Below are positions 8,376-19,853 of a DNA stretch of 64,000 bases, piece after piece. Within the stretch, counting starts at the first letter, position 1, and every line of letters starts with the position of its first letter. A model generated the notes under the pieces. The model did no database searches and was not told where the DNA came from. It saw only the letters and a list, made by a program, of their open reading frames with translations. The DNA comes from Opitutales bacterium. Lineage in GTDB: Bacteria; Verrucomicrobiota; Verrucomicrobiia; Opitutales; PNEW01. The DNA lies in the NCBI GenBank assembly GCA_965197745.1, contig CBDANS010000006.1, positions 960,001 to 1,024,000 of the forward strand. The letters run 5' to 3'. Position numbers and translations under genes: made by a program.

Positions 8376-11284
8376 ATGATGCGGATTAAAGGAGAGTTCA
8401 TTTCTTCTCGCTTGGGGCGTTGGATGATGGTATCCGGTATCGTCATCTCTCTTGGTGAAGTTTTACTCTTTGCCAATTACGAAGGGGTTGCGGGAAAGAC
8501 CCTGAAGTCACTCATTGATGATAGCACACAGGCAATCACTGCTGGAGACTACGCGCTTGCCTCTGAAATTTTCGCCCTACTGGAACGTGAATTCAGTGAA
8601 GACGATGAATATAATGAGGCGCGATTACAAAACATAATAATGCCCACACGGGGGTACGCGCAGTTGGTGAGTGGTCAACCGGAGGAAGCTATCGAGACCC
8701 TTAAAGGATATCTTCAAATAAAGACAGCTGACGAAAGAAAAAGATCATTTGCTGTTTTTACTCTCGGGCGCTCTTACGAGGATGCGAATAAATGGGAGGA
8801 AGCAATGGATACCTACCATCGCTTTGAGAAAATGCAACCCGGGAAAATGGAAGTCGCACTTTCAATCATGCGCCGGGCGGAAATTCTTTTCAAATACGAT
8901 AACAAAAAGAAAAGCATTGAATTGCTCAATGATCTTTTTCTCTCGGACGCATCTTATACCTTGCGCATTCAAGCGCGGCTGCGCGCGCTCCAAAAAAGTT
9001 TAGAAATAAATAATATCGAAATGGCTGAATTGATACTCTTCAACACGGAGTGGGCACTAACCTCCATGCTCGAGCTGGCGGTGCTTGCATTTTGCGCTCT
9101 CCAAGTAGGGGATTCTCTTCTCACTGCAAACAATTATCAAAACGCAATTCGTTGTTACCGCATGATACCCCAAAAGGATATCCTGATCACAGCACAGAAG
9201 AAACGGCTGCAACAAATACGCGCCACCTATGAAGACAGGGCTCCTCTCATCGCACAATCAAGCGCTCGTATCTGGTTAGATTATTATCAGCAACTCATCC
9301 AAAAGATTGAGTTGCAGCTGAAACAACTTGAAGAGTCCGAGGATTATACCCCTGGTTTTCTCCTTAGATATGGACAATCTCTGCTCCTGGCTGGACGCTC
9401 TCGAGAAGCGCTGATTGTCTTTGAGTCGTTATCTACCGACAAGGAGTTTAATGAGGATACACGCATTACTGCTCACTATCGCTGGATTGTCGCGGCCGGA
9501 GCACTCGAAAATTGGGATGAAGCATTAAATTAGCGCGTTAGTTCACAGAGTGGTATCCCCATTCTCCTTTAATCCCTCAGGCCCATTTTATAATCGCAGA
9601 AGCATACCAGGGGCTGCATAATTATAAACAGGCGATAGCTATATTATCAGATCTGTTAGATAAATTTCCCGCACACTCACTCCATTAACGCTGGCAATTT
9701 AATCGCGGGTTTTGCCACCTCCTCGATGAACATTTTGCCCATGCGCGCGATGATTTCAATCGCTACCTCAATGAAAATCCTAATGGCGCATTAAATGTCA
9801 ACGCGCGTTTATGGCATGCTCAAAGCTGGTTACTCGAGAAAGAATATTCATCAGCCCTTCGGGAATTTGACGCGCTGTGCAACAATGTAAAAAGGCATCC
9901 TCTCTTGCCGGAAATCAGTTATCGCCGTGCAAGCACCCTCTACGCGATGCGCCATTACGAACCCGCCCTCACTGAAATCAATCAATACCTGAGCAAATAT
10001 TCTCATCACCAGCGATGGACCGAAGCCCAAGTGCTAAAAGGCGATATCCTCATGGGGCAAGGTGAACTTATGGCAGCCGTGAAACTATTTAACACGATTG
10101 TCCCTGAATCGCAGGTTCTCTTTCACTACTCAATTTTCCAAATAGGAAAAATCTATCGTGTTCTCGAAGATTACAAAGGGTTAATCAACCATTTTGAATG
10201 GTTTATACACCGTGGAGACATAAGCGAAAAGCAACGTGTTTGCGAAGCCCTTTATTGGATCGGTTGGGCCTATGCGCGGCAAGAAAAAACGAGCAAAGCC
10301 TTTCCCCTTTTTATTGATGCATTGCAGACTTACGGAAACAAAATTGAGGCTAATGAAGTGATGGAAATTTTAAAAGCCCTGGACGATCTTCACCAACGGT
10401 CTAAGCATGATAGCGGCAGCAAAATAGTTTACGATCATCCTCTATTAACGACTTGGAATTTCGAAACCTGGTTGGAGGCTGAAGTGGATAAAGCATTTAC
10501 CGCCAATAAACTTACTTACTATTCGCGATTGAAAATTTATCTTTCTGATCGGCGAGAAAAGCAGAAACGCATAAATGAAGCTCATGTCCTGCTGATGGAG
10601 ATAGCTAAAAAAGTCCCCCTTGAATATCTCGACGCAGAGGGGCTTGGGCGAACAGGGCTTATCCTCGAAAAGTTGAATGATCCTTCCACCGAGGAACGCC
10701 TTAATATGCTTCTGGGAAAATTTCCCTCCCATCCCCAGCGTGCACTCGCCTATTATGGCCTCGGCAGAGTCTTTATTAAGACCGCCAATTACGCGCAGGC
10801 GCTCTCTTATCTGGAAAGATTAGATGAAGAGTTGCCCGGACATCCGCTTGCCACTGAATCCGCTTTCATGCGTGGGTCAACACTAACAAAAATGGATCAC
10901 GCTCTTGAGGCGATCCCCATTTATGACCGCTTGTTACATCTGAAAAGTGCTCGCGGTCGTAATCATGCCAGAGCATTGCAAGGTCTGGCAGAAGCACAGT
11001 TATCCCTTGGCCATCAAGACAAAGCCGTAGCTTATTATCAGAGGATCTATACCTTGTATCGCGCATACTCCGAATTGGTCGCCGACGCTTACTTACAAAG
11101 TGCAAAAATATTTGAAACTATGGGCGACTTGCCCGCCGCCTTTAACACGCTCGAGGAAATGTTGAACACCGACACCCTCATTACTCAGAAAACCTACCCC
11201 CAGGCGCAGATCGATAGGAATAGACTGGCCGCAATGCTACCTATCGAAAAAACATCGTTCCCGGGAGTGGAGAGGCTTCCATGA
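8376..11284 (+). pseudogene. Large TPR protein gene disrupted by one frameshift and two nonsense codons
   Basis: After a -1 shift near 9530 the frame of ORF 9905-11284 reads LAR*FTEWYPHSPLIPQAHFIIAEAYQG...FPAHSLH*RWQFNRG (TAG 9539-41, TAA 9686-88), giving continuous TPR-like sequence. Confidence 0.85.
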
Positions 11285-12165
11285 TTCCACCCCTCATCAC
11301 TGCCCTGTTATATTTATCCTCGCTGGCAATTCTGCCCGACAGGGCCCACCCTATCATTGATGATGACTGAATAAGGCATTCACTTGAGCAGCCGGTGATC
11401 GTAATCAATAGTGGTGGACATACTATTAAAGGTTCTATCGATTCAGCTTCTGATGCCCGGATCATTCTAAATTATAAAGTAGATTCCGGTGAAGTGCTCT
11501 ACACCCTCTATCGTAATGATATATCGGATATTATTCTTCCCGGGCGAGAAATTGCAACGTTCGCGTTCGAACTGGTAAGAGAAAATAAAAGGGTAGAGGC
11601 GTTACCTTTTCTGCATGCCTTATATACACAGCGGTTCGCATTTCTCGGTCTGCTCCCTGAAAAAAATGTCGTCATTTTTACTCATCTTGTAAGCGCCTAC
11701 TTGCAAACGGAAGAATATCGTAAATGTGTCTCCGTCGCCCAAAGAATAGCACCATTAATTGAAGACCCAAAAACTAAGGATAAGATCGAAGATGCAATTT
11801 TGCTCTGCACCTACAACCTGGGCAACTACGATGATGCATTGAATCTCGCGAATTCCTGGATTGAGAAAGCTCGGCGTTTTCATCCTTCAGCTCTCGGTTC
11901 GTGGATCCTGGCTATGGTTAAATTTGAAAGGGGATTTCACGAATCCGCGCTCTGGGTAAGTTTTAAACCCATAGTCTTCTCCAGCCAAATGCCAATAGAC
12001 TTTCTTGCGGAATGTTATGCTGTCGCCATCGCGACCTGTGTGGAATTAAAATATGATGATGAAGCCAAAGTTCTTTATGCGGAAATGTTAGAGCGCGGAT
12101 TTTATTGGCCCGATATTGCTTTGTTAGAGCCCTATGCTCCACAGCTAAGGGTTATGGAATTGTGA
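11281..12165 (+). pseudogene. Exported TPR-like protein with an in-frame TGA at codon 30
   Basis: ATG 11281 overlaps the upstream stop (ATGA). Signal-like MIPPLITALLYLSSLAIL, then TGA 11368-70, in frame with ORF 11395-12165. Confidence 0.7.
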
Positions 12166-12197
12166 GATCGTCCTCTTCCTCATAATTTAAATTCTAC

Positions 12198-12460
12198 GGC
12201 CACGACGGAGCGTGGCCCTCCATTGTTTTTCAGAGTGTAGACGTTCTGTTGATTTTCTGGAGGGACGCACTCCGTTGCGTCCGTGAGGATTTTTGTAGCG
12301 GCCACGACGGAGCGTAGCCCTCCATTGTTCTTTCAGGATGTAGACGTTCCGTTGCTTTTCTGGAGGGACGCGCATTTGCCTGCCTGCCGTCCATAGTCCC
12401 TCGATTGAGGGACGGAGGATGGTCGGCCATAGCCCAACGGGCGACGGCTGATCGCGTCCG
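12198..12460. repeat. Two tandem REPIN-like units (102-bp period), the second carrying nested hairpin insertions
   Basis: GGCCACGACGGAGCGT(G/A)GCCCTCCA ... TGGAGGGACGC...GCGTCC starting at 12198 and 12300. Confidence 0.85.
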
Positions 12461-12610
12461 TATATGTATTATTGTTAAATTGGGATTCAGAAGCGTGCTG
12501 GGGACAGCCATATTCTGTATCCTCTGAAACCGCATCATAAAAAATTATCCCCTATATCATCTTTTAGTACTTTATTTCTGCTCCTGAATTCCGATCAGTA
12601 ATTATTAATA

Positions 12611-13345
12611 ATGAATTGTTCCCGATCGAATTACCTGCTCACTGTCTTTTTCCTTTGCCAAAGGAACTGTCATTTATGGGGTGAGGGAAGCGAGCCTGGC
12701 CTACCGCCTGTTGCGGAAAGTCAAAGCTTGTGGGGGTTGATTCAAGAGGGAGGTTGGGCCATGTGGCCCTTAGGATTTTGTTCCCTCGCTATGTTCTTTC
12801 TCATTCTTTACGGATGGAAAGAATCACAGCAGAAAAAATTTATTCCTCAATCAATGTTGGAAAAAATTAAAGAACAATTACAAAGAAAAGCGTTGCAAGA
12901 GGCATCGCGAACACTCGAAGCGCAACCCAGCGTGCTTTCGAGGACAATGCTGGTTGCTTTGTCTAAGCTACGCCCAGACAAAGATGGGGCAAACAAAGAA
13001 AATATGGAGACAGCCCTCGTCGATGCCCTCGAAGGGGAAGAAAACAGTGTGGGACAATGGATTAATTACCTCAACGTGGTAGCCACAGTCTCTCCAATGA
13101 TTGGACTGCTGGGAACGGTGAGCGGTATGATCGGGGCATTTTCAACAATCGCTCAAGGTGGCATGGGACGTCCCGAACTGCTCGCCGGTGATATCGGCGA
13201 AGCGCTTATCACCACGGCAACCGGGCTGGTAATCGGGATCCCCGCGATGATCGCATTCTTTGTCCTGCGCAACCGGCTCAACAGCCAAATGCTGTCAACG
13301 TCGCAGACTGCCCGCGAGTTAATCGACTATCTTGCCGAAGAGTAA
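12611..13345 (+). CDS. MotA/TolQ/ExbB proton channel family protein
   Basis: SPMIGLLGTVSGMIGAF and LAGDIGEALITTATGLVIGIPA motifs. Confidence 0.93.
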   Translation: MNCSRSNYLLTVFFLCQRNCHLWGEGSEPGLPPVAESQSLWGLIQEGGWAMWPLGFCSLAMFFLILYGWKESQQKKFIPQSMLEKIKEQLQRKALQEASRTLEAQPSVLSRTMLVALSKLRPDKDGANKENMETALVDALEGEENSVGQWINYLNVVATVSPMIGLLGTVSGMIGAFSTIAQGGMGRPELLAGDIGEALITTATGLVIGIPAMIAFFVLRNRLNSQMLSTSQTARELIDYLAEE

Positions 13346-13357
13346 TTCAGGTTGTCA

Positions 13358-13473
13358 GGTGGAGTGGGCTGTCTCAGCACGCTCTTTTTTTTCTATTTAT
13401 AATAACCCGCGGAAGGAACCAAGCGGCGCTCTGCGACGCAGAGCAATGGCCGGCGAGCATCGCGCACTCTACC
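13358..13473. repeat. REP-like pair with an internal GCTCTGC-GAC-GCAGAGC hairpin, between convergent genes
   Basis: GGTGGAGTG...CACTCTACC outer inverted match; shares GCTGTCYCAGCACGC with the 8155-8232 family. Confidence 0.5.
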
Positions 13474-13479
13474 CAATAA

Positions 13480-14181
13480 CTACTTGTCCACACCCTCCGC
13501 TAAATCACGTAGTTCGGGTATGCTGTTGCGCATAACGGTAGATCTACTTATCCAAAGTCCTGCCTTTTTGAAAGACTCAATGCGCCTAAGTTCACGCTCA
13601 AGAGAAATAAAATCATTCTTCTCCCAAAATATAACAGCAAGATTATACGCCGCTTCCGCCCGAAAAGTGTCGAGGAGCAGGGGGTCACTGGCAATTTTAC
13701 GCAGGGCTTCTGCTCCTTCGTCTCCATTTCCCATCATAAGATGGGACATCGCCATGCCGAGCCGAGCCCTTCCTTGTATCACCTTATTTTCGAGATGGGT
13801 TATCGCGTAATCATAAAACTCAAAGGCCTGAGCATAGTCTTCATCGCCATATTTTGTATTTGCCAATTGTAGATAAGCCATGCCTGCGAGTGTGTGCCGG
13901 GGGTGCTCTCGGGCAAATTCAATTAGTGCTTCATCATCATCGGCCTCTTGATAAGCTGCCTGCACCGCGAGCTCTCCGCGCTCAGCGAGGTAGAGCATCG
14001 TTTGATAGATAAGCACTGACAATATGATAACCCCGATTACCGCAATAATAGCCTGGCGATAGTTTTCCCAAATAAGGATCACTTTTTGTTCAAAATCCGC
14101 TTCTTCAAATCCCTCCATGCCGACGGCGGCGGCGCCTTTCTCAGGGATTGCTTTTTCCGAATCTGTTTTTGAATCATTCAT
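13480..14181 (-). CDS. YfgM-like membrane-anchored TPR protein
   Basis: LIWENYRQAII followed by a TM helix and TPR helices; ATG 14181 preferred as start. Confidence 0.75.
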   Translation of the reverse strand: MNDSKTDSEKAIPEKGAAAVGMEGFEEADFEQKVILIWENYRQAIIAVIGVIILSVLIYQTMLYLAERGELAVQAAYQEADDDEALIEFAREHPRHTLAGMAYLQLANTKYGDEDYAQAFEFYDYAITHLENKVIQGRARLGMAMSHLMMGNGDEGAEALRKIASDPLLLDTFRAEAAYNLAVIFWEKNDFISLERELRRIESFKKAGLWISRSTVMRNSIPELRDLAEGVDK

Positions 14182-14727
14182 GGAACAAAGCGTAATCAAA
14201 TCATAGTATTTAAAGTTGAGTCAACAGGGATTAAAGAGAAACGGTGGCCGCGTCCCTCTACATCGGAATGACTTCTTTCAATTTGTTACTAATATGTAAT
14301 TTAAAACCATGAATTAACACGAATTGTCACGAATAAACTCAATCACATATTAAAAAGAATAGGCCTATCATTGTTTGATAATATTTATTTTATATTAACA
14401 ATAGTCACGTTTCTGCTTATGCAAAATATATCTTCAATCGTGTCTATTCATAGGTTTTTTTCACTTTAACATATAATTAACGACTTTGAATTAATGTGAG
14501 ATTGCCATAAGCATCTTTTTTTTATAAAAGTAATGAACTTATAGTGTGAAAATTAAAAATTTTAAATCGGAGGTTTGTCATTAAATTGAATAAGTCTGTT
14601 CAAATAAATACAGTATGACTTATTATATAAAAAAATGACGTATATGTAATCTTCTCACCGGGTATGTCGAATTACATTTTGTGTTGACATTCTGTGAGTG
14701 ATCGGACCCCGTATTTCGTATCAAATT

Positions 14728-15721
14728 TTAAGTGAGAGAACTACCGGGTGTTAATGGTTTTAGGATTGATGTATATGAGAGATCTTGGCGCAGTGAGGGC
14801 GTAGCCCGAACGCGGCCAAGAGCGGAAAGGAATGTGACAAACTCTTGTGGGCTTTTAAAGCCTAATCGACTGTGGGGATGTTCATTGTTATAGGTCTGAC
14901 GCCATTGTTCTATTAGCACTTGCGCTTCAGCCACGCTGAGCAACACTTCACGGTTCAAACACTCATCGCGTAAGCGGTTGTGAAACGACTCGATGAAACC
15001 GTTTTGCCAGGGACTGCCCGGATCGATATATATCGCCTTGATCTTTTTGTCGGACAACCACTGCTGCACCTGATGAGCAATGAATGGCTTCGCATGTCGT
15101 CGCTTCGCTCCTCGGAACACTGCCGTTGTCACTGCGGATATAGCTAGGAACTCCCTCTTCATCGATGGTTTCGCTGAGTACCGAGAGAACATCGGTTGAG
15201 GTGAGCTGTCGAGCTACCCGGATGCGTAAACATTTACGCGTATATGTCTTCGCTTCGCTTGAGTGTCGTCGCTTTCAGCTCCTCGGTACATCGATCAAGG
15301 TCATCATCTTTAGCATACCGCCATTGTCTGTACGATCATGGACAAAGTCCCAGGACCAGACGTGATTGCGACCGGTTGCTTTAGTAGGGAGCCCAGTAGA
15401 GATCCCCTGACGGTGTCTACGCTTTTTCGGGGGCTTTACCTGTAAGCCCGAAGAACGTCGCACTGCCTGTACAAATTTCCTGCTTGCCGCCCAACCTTCT
15501 TTCACCAGCAAGGCACGAATGCGCCGGTAACCGTAACGGGGATGTTCCCAGGACAAGGTCAAAATCCGCTCGGCCAATTGCTGAGCCTTCTTACTGGCCT
15601 GCTTGGGTCGGTAGCTGTACGTTGACCAACTGAGGCTGAGATAAGCACAAGCCCTCTAAAACGAGCACAGCCCCTTCTCAGCCGCATCTTTTACTGCTCG
15701 CTTCTTCTGCTTTGGGCTCAC
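14728..15721 (-). pseudogene. IS3 transposase OrfB (DDE integrase core), disrupted
   Basis: YGYRRI, WSWDF, SDNGS, PWQNGFIESFHNRLRDECLN motifs present; broken by a TAG near 15656 and two short insertions at 15086-15117 and 15246-15288. Confidence 0.9.
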
Positions 15722-15984
15722 CATTTTTTTGAGAGCGTTTCCTCCAACACCCGAAGCTTGAGCATTTGATCAGCGAGCATCTTCTTCAGCTCCGTATTCT
15801 CCTTTTCCAGCTCTTTAAATCGCTTCGCATCAGCCAGCTCCAAGTTGCCATACTTTTTGCCCCAGCGATAGAAGGTCTGTTCACTTAGGTTGTTGCCGTG
15901 GCAGACTTCCTGCACGGTTTTGCCCGTATCGGGCTGCCGCAGTATTGCTATGATCTGTTCTGTTGTATATCTTTTTCTTTTCAT
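15718..15984 (-). CDS. IS3 transposase OrfA (HTH)
   Basis: MKRKRYTTEQII...SEQTFYRW...ELEKENTELKKMLAD; ends at an A7-TGGTGA slippery site typical of the OrfA/OrfB -1 frameshift. Confidence 0.9.
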   Translation of the reverse strand: MKRKRYTTEQIIAILRQPDTGKTVQEVCHGNNLSEQTFYRWGKKYGNLELADAKRFKELEKENTELKKMLADQMLKLRVLEETLSKKW

Positions 15985-16292
15985 TGAGGTTATCTGTTTA
16001 TCCCGATAACCTCTCTCTGTTAATGATACCATTTTTGGGGGTCACTCCATGAGTTATCTTAAAAATTTTGCTCTTAAACAAACGCAATTCCTGGTTCCGG
16101 ATACCTCTTATAATATAATCCTATTGCCATACTCGTTTTTTTAATCTCGGCAGGATAATCATCCCGACAGGTTAATGAGGGCAAAAACAACCCGGATGGT
16201 CCTTCTATATAAATCTGACAATCGCTTATGTCTTCACGAGAAGAACGCCTTCTTTTGAATTGAAAATCACAAGCTAACTCACACTTCAAACG

Positions 16293-19200
16293 ATGAATAC
16301 CCCACTAACGTCGCTCGTAAGTTTATCTTCTAAAATGATGAAACCATTTAAAAATTTAATTTTCCTTTTCACCCTCTTCGGTCTGACCGTCAGTCAGCTC
16401 AACGCCGCAGAGGATTTGATAGTCCAAGCCGACGGCATAGCAGGACCAACTGCTGCTGATCCGGGGGAAACAGTTACTTTTGATATTACGGTAGAAAATA
16501 TTAGTGGTGATACTGATGTCACGGCGGACTTCGATGTTCAAGTAACAATTGACGGGACTACCGCTTCAGGGACTACCACTTTTCCTGCAGCAACTACTAA
16601 TATACCCCAAGGTGGAACGGCCGTGGTACAAGTAAGTGTTGATTTACCCAATGTAGCCAAGAACACTTTTGATGTTACCGCTTTCGCTGACAGTGCTGAC
16701 GATATAGCTGAAGACGACGAAAACAACAATACTGAGACTGAAGTTGCTTTTATATCTATTTCCGAACCTCCACAGATTGAAATCACCCCACCCGCTGACA
16801 ACGCGACGGTCATACCGGGAACGACCATCACTATTACCACTTCCGTTCTCGATACCGACGGGGTCATTGCGCAGGTCGAATTCTTTGTCAATAACGCCAC
16901 CATAGGAACGGTGACGACCTTCCCCTTCCAACTCGATTTCACGGTACCCTCTCCCGGCACTTTAGAAATATCCACCACGGCCACCGATGACTCAGGTGTG
17001 ACGGCCGATTCTGATCTCGTTACCCTGAATTCTTCCGTCGGCTCCGCGCCCACGGTAAGTATTATCTCACCGACCTCAGGCGAAAGTTTCATCCCCGGAT
17101 TCAATCTTGATATTATCGCAGAAGCTGCCGACAGTGATGGCCTCATCGAAGAGGTTGAGTTTTTTATTAACGGGGTATCCATTGGCAACGCAACTACTTT
17201 CCCCTTCGGACTTTTCTTCCAGCTTCCTTCCCCCGGCAGTTATCAACTTACGGCAATCGCAACGGATAATGCGGGCAATGTAGGTTTCTCACAAACCGTA
17301 AACATCGAAGTCGTCCTTGGAACTCCCCCCGTAATTACCCTTACCTCACCCTCATCGGGTGGAAGTTTTATCCCCGGAGCGGAACTCATTCTTGCGGCCA
17401 CCGCAAATGATCCCGATGGTTTGGTTTCTGAGGTTGAATTTTTTGTAAACGATTCGTCAGTGGGAACGACGACGACGGCACCCTTCCAAAGTAATTTCAG
17501 TTTACCTTCATCGGGAGTCTATTTTATTAGAGCGACTGCAACCGACAATTCCGGTAATAAAACAAGATCTGGCAGTGTCGTGGTATCTGCAGGACCCCCC
17601 GACAACAGTACCCCACGAATAATCATTGATCACCCCCTGCCTATCGGAGGTGGTGATACGGTTAATGACGTCTCGGTCGCCTCGAGCATGTTCCTTAATG
17701 CTACAGCGGTGGACCCCGACGGGTTTATTACGGAAGTGCGCTTTTTTGCCAATGGTCAGCTGCTGGGATCGACAAACCAGGGTTTGGGTGATCAGTACTC
17801 ACTCTTCTTTGATCCCACACAACAGGGCGATTTTGAATTTACGGCAGAAGCGGTGGATAATTTTGGGAATGTAGGTCAGGCTATTCCCATTCCTCTCGAC
17901 GTAGGCCCCGTGGAATCTCTACTTCCCACAGGTTTTATGCGTCCTCTCTCGGATCTCGAGTCTACAATCAGTGTCGGGGAAAGTGTTGAGTTGAAGGTCG
18001 AACTCAATGCCGGTCTTCTCGATATCAGCCAGGTGAATTATTATGCAAATGGGGTATTTATTGGAACCCAGGATACCGATACCCCGGTTGAAAGTATCGG
18101 GCAGGTAATGTCTTCCTTTTCAGTTTTACCTGGTTCCCGGATTTTTCCGGAACCTACGCCATGCAGGCGCGTTCCGTCCAGATCGATCCAAACGGATTCA
18201 CTTTCGATAACTGGCTTATTACTGATCCCATTTCTTTAGTTGTCACTGAAGCTTCGTCGGACCGCGATTTCGTCAACCAATCGTTCGTAGATTTTCAAGG
18301 CATAGAGCTGACGCCATCCCAGGAAAGCTCCTTTATTGCTTCGCTGGATGCTGGTCAAATCACCCGTAGCCAGGTCATTGAGGAAATATTTGAGACTCCT
18401 GATGCCGAGAATATTCAAAAAGCGCTTATGGCACGATTCCTTCTTACCGGACTATGGCCAACGCGCGCGCTCCTCTTTCAAGATACCCAGGTAATCACCG
18501 ACAGTGGACTTGGTCAACTGGTTGATTTCCTCATTCCTACCTTTCAGAAATCATTTTTAGATAACCAGGAACTTCCTGATTCATTAGCTACAGATGCGGA
18601 GATTGTCAGCTTCTTTGAAAAGGCGTTTATCAACAAGTACGGTGTTGCTCCCAATGCGGACCAGTCAGAACAGGGTTTGCTGCGAATCAGATTTTCAGGA
18701 GCCGAGTTTTTCCTCGAACGATTCGTTACCGATAATGATATCACCTTTTTAGGATCTACCAGTCGAACAACGGTACTGGCAATCCCGAATCCGCCAAATA
18801 ATCGTTTACCGGATTTCGCCGACTCATCTTCTCTTCTTGTTCATCTTTTAAGAATTCAACCTTCGCCGTCGGATGTGAGTAATCTTGCAGCCTTATCTAC
18901 TTTTATTGATGAAATAGATACTACACTGGCCGACCCCCGTTATATTGATCGGTTTTCTGTGCCTTCAGCTGCCGCTGCCGCCGGTGAAGCTTCGATTGTC
19001 GCCGAAGACATTGTCCGCCCCAATGGGAATGTCTATGACCAGGTATTGTTAAGCACTCAGTCGGTAACCGTAGAGGCCGACCCGGGTCAGATCACCCGCG
19101 TCTCTTTCCTTGATGAGAATGATGACATCGTCATGGCAGAATTCTCCGGATCAGGTGCGCTTGAAGTTTCTATAGATCCCGTTACTTTCCAAAGCGCAGC

Positions 19201-19768
19201 TCCACCCGTTAAATATAACCAACCCGATATCAGTTACGCTAAAGGGCGTGCCCGATTCAAAATTACCGGCGCGCAAAGTGATACCTGGTTTTCCGTTTTC
19301 TCACTGGGTTCACTCAATGTAGTCAATACGGGTATATTAAAAGATAATGAGACCTACGACGGTATTGCCAACGTTTCTTCACTGGAGATTGTGAACTCAG
19401 AAGAAATGGGCGGAATTTTAGCGGGTAATGCGGTATTTTCTGATACCAAGCTGAACGTCGGTATCGTAGCTGATGGCGTTCGTGTAATTAACCGTGTTGT
19501 TATTGGCGACATAGATGCCAGAGGGAATGCCTTCCCCGTCCTGAGCTTTGATCCCGGGTCACAATTTGGTCAATTAATTGTCGCCGGGGGCGATCTGGTT
19601 CAAACCAATGAGACCGCGATTAATCTCAGCGGTAATGGAGCGGGTGCAGGATTTACCAGTATTATTACGCAGGATAATTTCAGATCTAATGGGATACCCA
19701 TGATCGCGGGTACCATCGCCGCCCAATTCAGCGTCGGCAATGATCCGATTATTATCGCCGTTGAGTAG
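16293..19768 (+). CDS. Large secreted/surface protein (CARDB-like, five bacterial Ig-like repeats, DUF4214-like region, C-terminal beta-rich domain), split by a -1 frameshift near 18099
   Basis: Signal peptide and repeated 'A.D.DG.I..VEFFvNg' units. Adding one G to GGG at 18099-18101 joins ORF 16293-18239 to ORF 18161-19768 (ESIGAGNVFLFSFTW...), giving about 1158 aa. Confidence 0.8.
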
Positions 19769-19853
19769 GTTGCGGATTGGCGAACAGGTGTGAATGCGAT
19801 AATGCGAAACGATAGCGTTCGCAAATAATTCCTTGCGAAACTGTATTTATCAC

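Larger units (their letters stand above)
14699..16049 (-). mobile_element. IS3-family insertion sequence (1351 bp), inactivated
   Basis: TG...CA ends; imperfect IRs TGATCGGACCCCGTATTTCGTATCA and TGGAGTGACCCCCAAAAATGGTATCA; 4-bp target duplication TGAG at 14695-98 and 16050-53. Confidence 0.93.

Noticed and set aside
12187..12538. CRISPR array or short ORFs in the 102-bp tandem repeat
   Set aside because: Only two units, their spacers resemble each other and there are no cas genes; the ORFs are translations of REP sequence.
14200..14690. AT-rich tract as a replication origin or ncRNA
   Set aside because: No DnaA boxes or recognisable RNA motif; it fits a divergent promoter region. The 7-bp inverted repeat ATGTAAT/ATTACAT is too weak to call.
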